The position numbers and the translations under genes are program-made. Positions 16,921-32,018 of a stretch of DNA of 64,000 bases are shown here, piece after piece (position 1 is the stretch's first letter; each line of letters starts with the position of its first letter). The notes under the pieces were generated by a model, which did no database searches, was not told where the DNA came from, and worked only from the letters and a program-made list of their open reading frames with translations. The DNA is from Octopus vulgaris (taxonomy: Eukaryota). The stretch spans positions 2,604,001 to 2,668,000 of the forward strand of contig OX597833.1 of NCBI GenBank assembly GCA_951406725.2. The letters run 5' to 3'.

Positions 16921-17381
16921 GGTGGTACGTAAAACGCACCAACCGATCGTGGTCATTGCCAGCCTCCTCTGGCCCCTGTGCCGGTGGAACGTAAAAAGCA
17001 CCAAACGATCGTGGCCGTTACCAGCCTCCTCTGGCCCCTGTGCCGGTGGCACGTAAAAAGCACCAACCGATCGTGGCCGTTACCAGACTCCTCTGGCCCC
17101 TATGCCGGTGGCACGTAAAAAGCACCAACCGATCGTGGCCTTTACCAGACTCCTCTGGCCCCTATGCCAGTGGCGCGTAAAAAGCACCCACTACACTCTC
17201 GGAGTGGTTGGCGTTAGGAAGGGCATCCAGCTGTAGAAACTCTGCCAGATCAAGACTGGAGCCTGGTGCAGCTTCCTGGCTTCCCAGACCCCCAGTCGAA
17301 CCGTCCAGCCCATGCTAGCATGGAAAACGGACGTTAAACGATGATGATGATGATGACGACGACGACGATGATGATGATGAT
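16921..17381 (+). mobile_element. Retroposon 3' end with ~4.3 x 62-bp internal tandem repeat and (GAT)n tail
   Basis: Units start at 16921, 16983, 17045, 17107 and 17169; ends cccatgctagcatggaaaacggacgttaaacg(atg)n, an RTE-like tail. Confidence 0.75.
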
Positions 17382-17592
17382 AAATGATCTTAAGGGGATC
17401 TGCAGTTATGGTGAAGTAAATTAAAGACTCCGCTGTTTCTAGTACGATCACACAAGACAAGACTATTCTCTTGCATGTAATTCAAACCACCCTAATATTT
17501 ACCCTCACAACGTTATATCACATTCTGAAACGTTTCCCTCTCTCTCTCTCTCTGTCTCTCTGTCTCTCTGTCTCTCTCTGTCTCTCTCTCTG

Positions 17593-17676
<84 letters not shown>

Positions 17677-18699
17677 GCATCTTACTGCAAAACAAAATGC
17701 CACAGAGAGCTTACTTGAATCCCTTCAGAGAAAGCTTCTTGCAGCATATGTTTAGATTCATACACTCGAAAGGGCCGCTTATTACATTCGCTATCCAAAT
17801 ATAACTGGCATTTAAATAGGACAATAATATGTTATAAAATAGATTCGTCAATGGATTATACAAGTTTTCCTCTTCGTTTATAATTCCAGGTATATTATTC
17901 GTCAAACATCAAAAGATCTTTTATTACAATCTTTTGTATGTATAATCAAAAGCGATGGATTTGCGAATCGTTTCCAAACTGCTAACTATCCAAAGTAGAT
18001 CCTAATAAGATTGTTGCCATAAACTGACATGGAGGTTATATAATGAAAAGGATTATTCTATTGTCCGTTAATGTTGATGTTTCATTCACAATGACTGCTT
18101 TACTTTCTTTTGTGTGATTTACGCTCATGATACTAAAGATATGAAAACATTACGTTCACTTTTACACGTGAATAACAATACATATCATGTGTTCTATGTG
18201 TTACATTTGAATAAATATAGGTTGCATTTTATAACAAGATGGGGAAGCGGCCAATTAAAGGTCGATGTACCGTTTATATAATCATATTCACTGCTTTTGC
18301 TTATGTGTTTGTTTCTATATTGCCATGCAACTCCACATCTTTCGTTGCTTGAATTATCGATATTGCAAAGGTCAGAGTTGCAATTCAGTAAACAGTTGAA
18401 TTTAATAAGCCCTTATTTTATAGACCAAGTAGATTTGTTCTCAATCATCAACACAAATCTTCATTGATTCAAATATATGAGCGTCTCTATAGCGTCTCTG
18501 AGTTCAAATTCCGCCTAAGTCGACTTTGCTTTTTATCCTTTCAGGGTCGATTAAATAAGTACCACTTACGCAATGGGGTCGATGTAATCGACTTAATCCC
18601 TTTGTTTGTCCCCTCTGTGTTTAGCCCCCTGTGGGCAATAAAGAAATAAATAATCAACTTTTGCTTCTATGATCCAAACTTCCTGTCTTAAAGTGGCCT

Positions 18700-19265
18700 A
18701 AATTAAAACACCATCAATCAAAATTTCTTATTAATTTACGTTCCAAACATAAACTGAATAATGACAAAGTGGTTTTAGTAAATTCTTCAAAATTTTCAAG
18801 AATATCTGAAACGAAAGCCGTGTACTTCAACAGGAATATGGCAACATATGGGGTCAATGAGATCCAAATGAAAATTTTGATGTTAATTTTTATTCCAAAC
18901 GCCAGATTTAAAATGTCAATGGTCTTTTACAAAATCTGTGTCTTTCAACAAAAACATGGCGACAAAGTGGTTAAGAGGATTTAAACTAAAGAATCTTTTA
19001 TCAAACTTTCATGTAAATTTATGTTCAAAACACCAGTTTAATAATGACAAAATTATTTCTCGATATATTTCATTATTTTCAAAATTAAATGAAGCGGAAG
19101 CAACGTCTTTTGACAGAAATATGGAGACAAAACTGTTAAGGTGATCGAAATTATAACCATCTTATATCGCAATTCCATTTTGGTTTATGTTCCAAAAGTC
19201 ATCTAAATAATGACAATGCTATTTTTACTAAATTCGTCAACATTTTCGAAATTATTAAAAACAAA
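18700..19265 (+). repeat. Degenerate tandem array of about four 130-170-bp AT-rich units
   Basis: Recurring atttatgttccaaac...taatgacaaag...ttcaacag.aatatggc.aca.a.gggttaa; the unit end resembles a piggyBac-type GGG-TTAA terminus. Confidence 0.6.
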
Positions 19266-19964
19266 GGTGGTGGTGGTGATGGTGGTGGTGCAGATGTTGA
19301 CTGGTGGTGGTGGTGGTGGTGATGGTGGTGGTGGGGGTGGTGCTGATGCTGAGGCTGGTGGTGGTCGTCGTTGTTGTCATCGTTGTTGAGGAGCTGGAGG
19401 AGGAGGAGGAGGAGGAGGAGGAGGAAGAAGAGAAACAAGAAGAAAAAAAGAAGAAGAAGAAGAAGAAGAAGAAGAAGACGAAGAAGGATGAGGGGGAGGG
19501 GAGAAGAAGGAGAAGAAGAAGAAGAAGAAGAAGAAGAAGAAGAAGACGAAGAAGGATGAGGGGGAGGGGAGAAGAAGGAGAAGAAGAAGAAGAAGAAGAA
19601 GAAGAAAGGGAGAACGAGGAGGAAATCGGGAGGAGAAAGGGGATGAGGAGGAGGGGAAAATGAAGGGGATATGACGGATGAAGAGGAAGAGGAAGAGGAC
19701 GTGGAGGAAGGGGGAGGAGTAGAAGGAGCAGGGGAAAAAAGAAGATTGGAGGAAAGGGATGAGTAGGAGGAGGAAGAGGAGGAGGGAGAAGGGGGAGGTG
19801 TAGAATGCAGATGAAAAACATGACTAAAAGACGTCCCTTGAATTCTGAGTGTATGAGAATTTGAAACATGAAACCTGTAAAGATTTGTGTCTGTAATGCT
19901 TGGTGCTTAAAGGAACGGTGAGGAATGACAGAGAAAAATGGTAGAAGGAGATTGGAACGGAATG

Positions 19965-21000
19965 TCTTGTAGAGCTTCTACCAGAGGGCGCACACTCTCC
20001 TACACTAATGTAATCTCCAGGGATACAGGCATCCAGCAACAGGACCTCCGTAATGCTATGATGGACCGTGAAGTCTGGCGTAGCATGGTAAATTCCATTG
20101 TCTCGACCAGAAGAGTCCAGTTTGCTGGACATTGTTGTAGAGCTGAAAATGAGGCGATTTCTACTCTTCTCCTCTGGAAGCCATCTACTCGCAATACCAG
20201 AGGGCACACACTCTCCTACCCTGATGTAATCTCCAGGGATACAGGCATCCAGCAACAGGACCTCCGTAATGCCATGATGGACCGTGAAGTCTGGCGTAGC
20301 ATGGTAAATTCCATTGTCTCGACCAGAAGAGTCCAGTTTGCTGGACATTGTTGTAGAGCTGAAAATGAGGCGATTTCTACTCTTCTCCTCTGGAAGCCAT
20401 CTACTCGCAATACCAGAGGGCACACACTCTCCTACCCTGATGTAATCTCCAGGGATACAGGCATCCAGCAACAGGACCTCCGTAATGCCATGATGGACCG
20501 TGAAGTCTGGCGTAGCATGGTAAATTCCATTGTCTCGACCAGAAGAGTCCAGTTTGCTGGACATTGTTGTACAGCTGAAAAAGAGGCAATTTCTACTCTT
20601 CTCCTCTGGAAGCCATCTACTCGCAATAACAGAGGGTGCACACTCTCCTACCCTGATGTAATCTCCAAGGATACAGGCATCCAGCAACAGGACCTCCGTA
20701 ATGCCATGATGGACCGTGAAGTCTGGCGTAGCATGGTAAATTCCATTGTCTCAACCAGAAGAGTCCAGTTTGCTGGACATTGTTGTAGAGCTGAAAATGA
20801 GGCGATTTCTACTCTTCTCCTCTGGAAGCCATCTACTCGCAATACCAGAGGGCACACACTCTCCTACCCTGATGTAATCTCCAGGGATACAGGCATCCAG
20901 CAACAGGACCTCCGTAATGCCATGATGGACCGTGAAGTCTGGCGTAGCGTGACAAATTCCATTGTCTCTACCACGGTCGAACAATGATGATGATGATGAA
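19965..21000 (+). mobile_element. Tandem array (~4.7 x 216 bp) of an RTE-clade LINE ORF2 C-terminus ending in (TGA)n
   Basis: 72-aa unit RRVQFAGHCCRAENEAISTLLLWKPSTRNTRGHTLSYPDVISRDTGIQQQDLRNAMMDREVWRSMVNSIVST; the FAGH...LLW...DR..WR pattern is typical of RTE C-termini. Confidence 0.85.
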
Positions 21001-21002
21001 GG

Positions 21003-22484
21003 TTTGCCAACAAAAATTCAACCATTTGTTATTCATGGATGACCTCAAATTTTATGGTGAAGATGAAGCGCAATGGAGTTCGGACTGAGAAAGTGTGGTG
21101 TGTTAGTCTTAAAGAGAGGCAAAATCAAATGTATGGACGGGCTAACGATAGCGTCGGGGGAGGTTATGAAGCAAATAGAAGAGACGGGCTATAAGTACTT
21201 GGGGAGTTTGGAAATAGATAAATTGATGTAGAAAGAAATGACAAATAATTTAAGGTGGAGTACTTGGGCAGACTGAGACTGATCCTTAAGTCGAAATTAA
21301 ACGGACGGAAGAAGATTGAAGCTATCAACACCTGGGCGGTTTCACTCCTTAGATATGGAGCAGGGGTAATCGCATGGACAGTGGACGAACTAAACAGCTG
21401 AGACAGAAAGACAAGGAAGTTGCTGACTAGATATGGGATACTCCACCCAAAAAGTGACATAGACAGACTATGTACCAAGAAAAAGAGGGCGAACAGGACT
21501 TATTGGATGCGAACACAGCGTTAGAAGAAAACAGTACATAGCGTAGTATGTAAAAAATGCCACAGAATAGCTATTATTAGAGGTAAGAAGGTCAGGCTTG
21601 GGTAGGATGAAAGATTGCAAAGATAAAGCACTGTACAAGCAATTGAAAACGAATGAAACTGAAAATAGGTGGGTAAAGAAAAGAATGCATGGTCAATTTC
21701 ATAGAGGTATTGAAGATAAGACAGACAGAGAAAAAAGATGTCTGTGGATGACTAAAAGTAATTTAAAACCGGAAGAGCAAGCATTACGAACTAATTATAT
21801 CAAATACAGAATAGACAATACATCAGAAAGTGATAAGTGCAGAATCTGTAGACAAAACGGTGAAACCGTATGGCATATTACTAGCCAATGTACGCCACTA
21901 GCCCAGAAGGAATACAAGAGACGCCACGACAATATAGCCAGGCTTGTCCACTGGACACTTTGCAACAAGTATGGACTTGACAGAGCGAAAAATTGGTAAG
22001 ACCACAAACCTGAAGGCATCGTCTAAAATAGAAATGCAAAGATCCTATGGGATTTTATGAATTAGTGCGACCATGAGATAGAGAATAGGAAGCCAGACAT
22101 AGTTTGAATTGAGAAAGAACGCAAACTATGCTGGATCATAGACATAACATGCACAGCTGACAACAAGGTATGCGATAAGGAAGAAAGAAAAGTCGATAGG
22201 TACGACAGGTTAGCTTGGGAGGTTAAGCAGTTGTGGTCGATGACAAATGTTGTAGTCATACTAATAATTATCGGAGCCCTGGGAACAGTGAGTAAAAATC
22301 TCGAGAAGTATATGGAATGAATAGGGGCTGCAATAAGGGTGGAGCACTTGCAGAAAACAGCACTGCTTGGAACCGCTCGAATACTCCGGAAGGTGCTCGA
22401 AAAATAAGGGGTGTTACCTTAGTTCACTGGTAGTGAACAGCTGACACCGTAGTACATCTCCAGCGTTAGAAGCTGTGCGAAGGC

Positions 22485-22556
<72 letters not shown>

Positions 22557-22557
22557 T
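21003..22557 (+). mobile_element. R4/Dong-clade non-LTR retrotransposon, 5'-truncated and decayed, with (AAT)n tail
   Basis: NHLLFMDDLK (RT), CCHC knuckle CRICRQNGETVWHITSQC, KRRHD, REL endonuclease RKPDIV...IID, C-terminal LQKTALLGTARILRKVL; multiple stops. Confidence 0.9.
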
Positions 22558-22558
22558 G

Positions 22559-22938
22559 GGAAGCACTCCGCCGGTTACGACGACGAGGGTTCCGGTTGAT
22601 CCGATCAACGGAACAGCCTGCTCGTGAAATTAACGTGTAAGTGGCTGAGCACTGCACAGACACGTGCACCCTTAACGTAGTTCTCGGGGATATTCAGCGT
22701 GACACAGAGAGTGACAAGGCCGGCCCTTTGAAATACAGGTACAACAGAAACAGGAAGAAAGAGTGAGAGAAAGTTGTGGTGAAAGAGTACAGCAGGGATC
22801 ATCACCATCCCCTGCCGGAGCCTCGTGGAGCTTTAGGTGTTTTCGCTCAATAAACACTCACAACGCCCGATCTGGGAATCGAAACCGCGATCCTACGACC
22901 GCGAGTCCGCTGCTCTAACCACTGGGCCATTGCGCCTC
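22559..22938 (-). mobile_element. SINE family B, full length, inserted in (AAT)n
   Basis: Near identical to 34538-34915, 36913-37294 and 38856-39237. Confidence 0.92.
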
Positions 22939-22950
22939 AATAATAATAAC

Positions 22951-23037
<87 letters not shown>

Positions 23038-23364
23038 TTTCCTTTATGCGTGGGTTTTGATCATAACTGATTGGAAGTGTTATCATGTATATGTTTTGTC
23101 TTTGTATAAAAAGATGGGCTACAGTAAATATTCTGCTCAAGTCGTTTTTGACAGAGGATCCTCCATATAATAGATAAATAATAATAACAAAAAAAAATTC
23201 TCCAGAGTGCGATGGTCCAGTACCAAATAACCCATGGCCCAGAACTGGCCCGCAGCTCCGTAGTTACTGACCCCTAGTGAGTAGGATGCCAAAGGAAACA
23301 AGAAAGAAAGGAAGAAGAGGGGAAATGCAAAATAGAACCAAATAACAAGTTAACCAGCCAATTC

Positions 23365-23766
23365 TTTTTTACTTTAGGCACAAGGCCTGAAATTTTGGGG
23401 TGGGGCAATCGATTAGATCGACCCCAATACGCAACTGGTACTTAATCTATCGGCCGCGAAAAGGATGAAAGGCAAAGCTGACCTCGACAGAATTTGAACT
23501 CAGAACATAAAGACAGACGAAATACCTATTTCTATTTCTTTACTACCCACAAGGGGCTAAACACAGGGCGGCCAAACAAGGACAGACAAACGGATTAAGT
23601 CGATTATATCGACCCCAGTGCATAACTGGTACTTAATTTATCGACCCTGAAAGGATGAAAGGCAAAGTCGACCTCGGCGGAATTTGAGCTCAGAACGTAA
23701 CGGCAGACGAAATATGGCTACACATTTCGCCCGGCGCGCTAAAGATTCTGCCAGATCGCCGCCTTA
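23365..23766 (-). mobile_element. SINE family C with duplicated core
   Basis: Two copies of aaaggatgaaaggcaaagtcgacctcggcggaatttgaactcagaacg, then the head reverse complement ...gattctgccagatcgccgcc. Confidence 0.8.
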
Positions 23767-24091
23767 GTTAACCGACCAATTATGACCACCCAAAAACGAC
23801 CAATAAAGTCGAAGAATCTCTGGAGACAATATATGCTGACCAACAGTTGTGCAACACACCAGACGCAGCGGAACGGCGTCAGTGACCAGGTCGCTAACAG
23901 TGCGAGGAAAATAATGACTCCAAGTAATAAATGTTTATGCGAAGTTAACAGTCTTTTTGCTTCAGAATGGCCAATTTATGTCTTCCAGACTGTATTTATG
24001 TCGATTAAATCGTATACGAATACGCATGCACACATACATACTCAAACACACGTATACACATACAAAGACACAAGCACATACACACACACAT

Positions 24092-24142
<51 letters not shown>

Positions 24143-25018
24143 ATGTATATGTATATATATATATATGTATGTATGTATGTATGTATGCATGGATGTATGT
24201 ATGTATATATATATATTATATACGGTATATGCTGTAGCAAACTCGCTGCCATCTCTAAATTGATATTTTGAATAATATATACGTGTATTCACATATATAT
24301 TACAAATATATACATACATATATACACATATATATATATATATATATATATAATGACGCATGCACCCAACCATTCACACACACACACATATAATATATGT
24401 ATATGCATGCATGTATGTATATAGTATGTGTATATATGCGCGTGCGTATGTGTCATGGGGGAAAACGACAAAAGGAAAATATCAGCTAGTTTACAACTTT
24501 TATTTCCGCCATATTAGACCTCGTTAAAAAAAGGTAAGGCAAAATATAAATTTATTATTAAGATACCTTGAAAAGCATAAAGCAATGATGATGACGACGA
24601 CAACGATGATTATGATGATGATGATGATGATAATGACAATGACGATGATGATGATGTCGATAACGATGATAACGATGATGGCGATGATGATAATAATGAT
24701 GACCTGTATAGAAGAAAAAAATGGAAGCAATCGCAATGTCTGACACGAGAAATTAGAGTCTTTATAATATTTAGGTGAAGTGATTTTTTTTACTGATTTT
24801 TCCATTGTATTTTGCGGTTGTTGCTTTCTTTCCTTGTGTATTTTATTTTGTTCAATAACCGTTTAATAATAGTCATGTTTTAGATTTCCATTTATAAAAC
24901 CGTCTGTAATATTTTTTTTATGTTCCAGAGTATAAGAAGTTAATACAGAAAGCGAATATGTGAAATAAAAGCGGTATCAAAACTAAAGCGGTCTGTGTGT
25001 ATATATGTGTGTACATAT

Positions 25019-25072
<54 letters not shown>

Positions 25073-25099
25073 TTACATATATATACATACATATATATG

Positions 25100-25149
<50 letters not shown>

Positions 25150-25456
25150 TGCAGGAGTGGTTGTGCGTTAAGTAGTTGCTTGCTTACCAACCACATGGTT
25201 CCGGGTTAGATATATATAAGGATCCCTTCCGGGGGCTCTATTATCGATATTTTCCAACAAGCTGAGTATGCCACGTGGTTTCTCGACCTGAGTTCTACTC
25301 ACGTGTCAAGTTTCATCAAAATCGATAAAATGATGTAGGAGGAGGGCTATGGAATGGTGAAACTATTTTTTCGTTTTTCTGAAATTGCAACGTTTCGGAC
25401 TCATGACACTTTTGCATAATAGCAACGATATACATATATATGTATGTATGTATATA

Positions 25457-25540
<84 letters not shown>

Positions 25541-25816
25541 GGGGACATCTGGCCCCAGCTGGTAAGATGGGCTGGATACCTGACACTGAAGAAGCGCAGT
25601 ACGCTAAAATCACATGCTCAGGCAGTTCCGGCGCCCACACCAGACAATTTCGTTAGCTACGATATATGTCTGTACTCTTAACTCCCCACGGCTATGTGAG
25701 ATAATCTCTCAATATTCGGCCTCTTATAGGAAAAGCGATTGCCTAGCTAAAACTTCGAAGTCACTGTGTTTAATATTCGTTTTTGAAGAATAATATATTG
25801 CAATAAATACTAAATT

Positions 25817-25856
<40 letters not shown>

Positions 25857-26405
25857 CTATCTATCTCTATCTCTCTGTATATCTTCAATTGTCTCTCTCT
25901 CTTTTTCTCTCTCTCTCTCTTCCTTGCTTTTCTTCTCCTCCTCTCTTTATCATTCTCTCTCTCCTTCTCATTCTTTCTCTCCCCATGTCTCTGTCTCTCT
26001 TGCTATTTACCTCTCTCTTTCTCTCTATCTCTCTTACTACATGTCTCTTTCTGTTCTTATCTCTCTCTCCCATCCCTCTCTCTCCTTCTCTCTCCCATCC
26101 CTCTCTCTCCCCTCCCTCTCCCTAAAAGATAAAGCGATTTGAATAGAGAGAAGGAATGGGTTTACAGTTGATTTAATTAACCAAATTGAGAGAGTGATAA
26201 TTGCTTTATCGGCAGCATTCCCAGAGAATGAAAGATTTTAAAAATTTATATAAAAAAATTAAGTTAAAATGAAGTGTGAAGTTGAAGAGATCTAATTAAA
26301 TGTCGCCAGGCAATTAGTCCGTCAAATAATTATTTCTAACCCCTGCAAGTCGATTAGTCCGGCAATTAATAAGGGTTTCTAACAGTATGTTCGTATGTAT
26401 GAAAA

Positions 26406-27185
26406 TGTAGTGATTGAAGGAAGCCATATTTTGTTATCGCGGATTAGCACAGTTGTGCTTTGGCAACTGTTGCTAATCGGAGCCGGCCGCGTAGCTATAA
26501 AGAGAAAAAAGAATTTGGTACCAGTCGCTCAGCCAGCAGTCAGAGGAAGGACGCGAGGCGACCGACAGAAGCTTCTTCGTCGCGAACGGCTCTTACTTTC
26601 TCACTTCAACTTAACCTCACGGACACCTTTTACATTCCTGTTCCTTCAACGCTATTGATACCGTGAATAATTTTTTCTCAGCTAGCACAGACCAACTCGC
26701 CGCTGCTAGGTTATCACTGCTTACGACTTCGCATTCATGACTACGTAAGTGATTTCAGCTTCCGTGACTCACATACATTCACATAAATACAGACATACCC
26801 TACATACACATACAGGTTTTCACTCTCATTATTTGTCAGCAGTTGGATACTTATCATTGCTACTCTTCCGGTGCCTTAACCAATTTAAAGTGCGGATTAA
26901 CCCTGCTAAATGTGTTTTTGGCATACCCTCCCTTGTGTTACTTGGCCACAACATTGACAAAGAGGGTATTATGCCTCTTCCAGAGAAAGTGCGGGTTGTT
27001 GAGGACCTTTCTTCTCCTACTTCCCTTCGCCAGTTGCGCCAATTCCTTGGCTTGCTGAACTTTTATCGCCGCTTCATTCCTCGTTGTTCTGAATTTCTGT
27101 CGCCATTGGCCGAGCTCTTAAAGAATCGTATTGCGTTGACTCCGGCCCAAATGGAAACTACGATAAAACTTTTCTACCAGATTCC
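26406..27185 (+). mobile_element. Gypsy/Ty3 LTR retrotransposon remnant: putative LTR, decayed PBS and RT C-terminal fragment
   Basis: INPAKCVFG...LGHNIDKEGIMPLPEKV...LRQFLGLLNFYRRFIP. Upstream TG..CA segment 26406-26828 is followed by tgtcagcagttggat, which resembles a tRNA-Leu PBS (weaker evidence). Confidence 0.8.
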
Positions 27186-27711
27186 TGTCCTGTTGAAAGG
27201 ACCCAGTACATTCGTATCTCTTGCTACTCTTGAGCTGATAGTCTTAGCCTTGTTTTCCTTTTTCCTTTTTCCTTTTTCCTTTTCTCCTATTGAATAATCA
27301 ATTAACAATTTTGGATTTCCCAAATGATGTGGTAGTCAAGCCTACTAAGTAGATGGTTCACTTTACTTCAAAGATGGCAATCATTTGAGATTACTTCTTC
27401 TTCGTCTTTGCCTTTACGTAAACGTACAGACCTCCATTCCCAATCCTTGTCTGCACTCGGACACTTATCCTTGTTACCAGTGGCCAGCACACATTGAATT
27501 AGATACAGTTTAAAGTTTTGTTATAAATGAACTGGCTTCTGACACTGCTTTCTACACGTTTGTTACATCCTAAAATTATAACAAATCTAAGCATCCAGGT
27601 GTATACATCTTTGTGTGTCTATGCATAAGCAAGTATGAAAGCGTACCGTGTGTGTACCATTGGCAATTTTTTTCCTCCGTCTTCCCTTCTCTGGATCTTT
27701 CCTTTTCCTAT

Positions 27712-27746
27712 GTTTCTGACGAAGAGCTCCGCTCGAAACGTTAAAC
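27712..27746 (+). ncRNA. Minimal type-I hammerhead ribozyme motif in a short element (~27650-27850) abutting (TA)n
   Basis: guuu-CUGACGA-A-gagc-ucc-gcuc-GAAA-CG-UU-aaac; all stems pair and stem III is the palindrome AACGUU. Confidence 0.72.
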
Positions 27747-27851
27747 CCTCCTTCTTCCCTTCCTTTCCTGAGCGTCCAATAATACTATACTTGTTCTACG
27801 TCCACGCGTTGTTGTGTTTTCTCTTTGTGTTTTCATGTTTGGAGTAACTGT

Positions 27852-27927
<76 letters not shown>

Positions 27928-28625
27928 CATACATATAAGAGGAATGACTACTAAGTGGATTCTTAATATGCTAAATGTAGACCACCGGTAACGATACTAG
28001 AACAATCACCACAACCACGTGCATCGTTACTAATTATTATCAACACAACAACCTCAACCAATTACAACACTAACTGTAGTGACACAACCACAACAAACAC
28101 TACAGCCACCACCACCACCACCACTAACACCACCATCATCCTCATCATCATCATCTTCAGTACCAGTCCTCTGAGCATCCTTACCACCACCACCACCACC
28201 ATCAGTACTTCCTATACCACTGTCACCTATACTACAACCGTCACTAGCACATACACCATTACCACCGACAATCAACGCAAACTCCACTACCAACTACAAC
28301 ACAAACACAAGCTACACAAAGCCATCATCATCATCATCATCATTATCTCCAGTACAGCATTATCGCCACAACCACCACTACCACCATCACCACAACCACC
28401 ACCACATATCCCTACTAACTACAGCACAAACCATCCACAAAATCTCAACTTGATACGCAACCACCTTAACCGTCAAGGCTATAACGCATCTGCCCATACC
28501 ATTACTCATACCACTGAGTCGCCCTACCCACTCGCCCATCTTCCATCGAAAGCGCCGCCGTCACTGACACCCTCACCAAGATCGCCACCGCCACCACCAC
28601 TAAATCTATTACTACCGTCAGTAAT

Positions 28626-28985
28626 TGAGACCCCCTTCGGTCACGACACTGACCATGGGATTGGACCTAGAAAGTTACCCTCCCAGGCAAGGTTGTTCTT
28701 ATGGAAGACCAGCAGTCGCCTATGCATACCGGCCTCCCCTCTCCGTGCCACCAGTGTTATCCAAGGGAAAGGCAAAGGGGTCGATACAGCTTGACACCAG
28801 TGATGTCGCTACTCATTTCTACAGCTGAGTGAAATGGAGCAACGTGAAATAAAGTGTATTGCTCAAGAACACAACACGTGGCCCAGTCCGGGAATCGAAC
28901 TCACAACCTCACGATCGTAAGCTCGACGCTCTAACCACTGAGCCATACGCCTTCACACACATACATACACACACACACACACATA

Positions 28986-29026
<41 letters not shown>

Positions 29027-29366
29027 GACCCCCCTTCGGTCACGACACTAACCATGGGATTGCACCTAGAAAGTTACCCTCCAAGACACTAATCTGGGCA
29101 AGGTTGTTTATGGAAGACCAGCAGTCGCCCATGCATACCAGCCTCTCCTCTCCACACCACCAGTGTTATCCAAGGGAAAGGCAAAGGGGCCGATACAGCT
29201 TGGCACCGGTGACGTCGCAACTCATTTCTACAGCTGAGTGAACTGGAGCAACGTGAAATAAAGTGTCTTGCTCAAGAACACAACATGCAGCCTGGTCCGA
29301 GAATCGAAATCGCAACCTCAAGATCGTAAGCTCGATGACACTAACCACTGAGCCATGCGCCTTCAC
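28626..29366 (-). mobile_element. Two head-to-tail SINE family D (CORE-like) copies inside one 12-bp TSD
   Basis: Copies at ~28626-28955 and ~29024-29366; accgtcagtaat at 28614-28625 and 29367-29378. Confidence 0.85.
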
Positions 29367-29619
29367 ACCGTCAGTAATAGCAGCGCAATTACCATCATCG
29401 TCACCACCACCAGCACAACCACTACCATCATCATCATCATCATCATCATCGGCAGCAGCAACAGCGTCACCGCCATCACCTTCATCACTACTACCACCAC
29501 TACCACCATCACCATCATCATTATCAACATCATCATCGTCATCGGCAGCAGCAGCGGCACCACCATCCGCACCACGGCCAGCACTACTAGCGCCACCACC
29601 ACCGACACCACCACCATTA

Positions 29620-31297
<1,678 letters not shown>

Positions 31298-31403
31298 AAG
31301 TGGGAGGGGGTACAATTTGCATGGGTTTGCATGAAATTGCTTTCTGTTCTGAAGAAGGATCACAAACTATGTACTGATTCATCGTACAAAAAGGGGTAAT
31401 ACG

Positions 31404-32018
31404 ATTTCGCCAAGAAATCACGTTTTCAAAATTTAGTTTCCCCCCGTCCCCATCGCAATTTGGTAATTTGTAACTTTTTTATCCACGTAGAAAAATACTT
31501 AGATTACGAATCTGGGAAATATATATTTTTTAGAGCTTAATTTTTCTTAAAGAAACACTCAGTGCCCCATTCTCTCACCTCACCCACCCATCACCTACAC
31601 GCTTTCAAAAAGCTAAAAACATCCAATGTTTCATTTTTGTCTGATGTTTCACGCATGCGCAGAATTGTACTGAAATAGCAGACGTAAAAAATGTTAGACC
31701 ACCATCACAAAACCCGACATGCTAGAAGCAACAGGTAAACGATATTATTTCTGAAGAAACTTCTCCGCTTTCCAAAAAGCTAAAAGTGAAACATTAGGAG
31801 TTTTTAGTTTTTTAGAAGTGGTGAGGTGATGGGTAGATGTTTCGGATGAAGATTTTAGCGTTTCTTTAAGAAAAAAGAAGAAAATTCTTAAAGTACTCAC
31901 TGTTTTTTTTCTCCGCAGCATACCAAGAAAATATTCGAAAAACAATAAAAAAAAATAAATAAATTGGGATGGTGAGGGAGGAAATTAAAATATTGGAAAC
32001 GTGCTTTGGGGGCGAAAT
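31404..32018. mobile_element. Old foldback/MITE-like element with ~230-bp imperfect inverted arms
   Basis: atttcgccaagaaatcacgttttcaaaatttagtttcc pairs with ggaaattaaaatattggaaacgtgctttgggggcgaaat; cccatcacct...aatgtttca pairs with tgaaacatt...aggtgatggg. Confidence 0.65.

Noticed and set aside
19304-19663. E/K/R-rich ORF resembling a nucleic-acid-binding protein
   Set aside because: It is (GAA)n/(GAG)n simple repeat.
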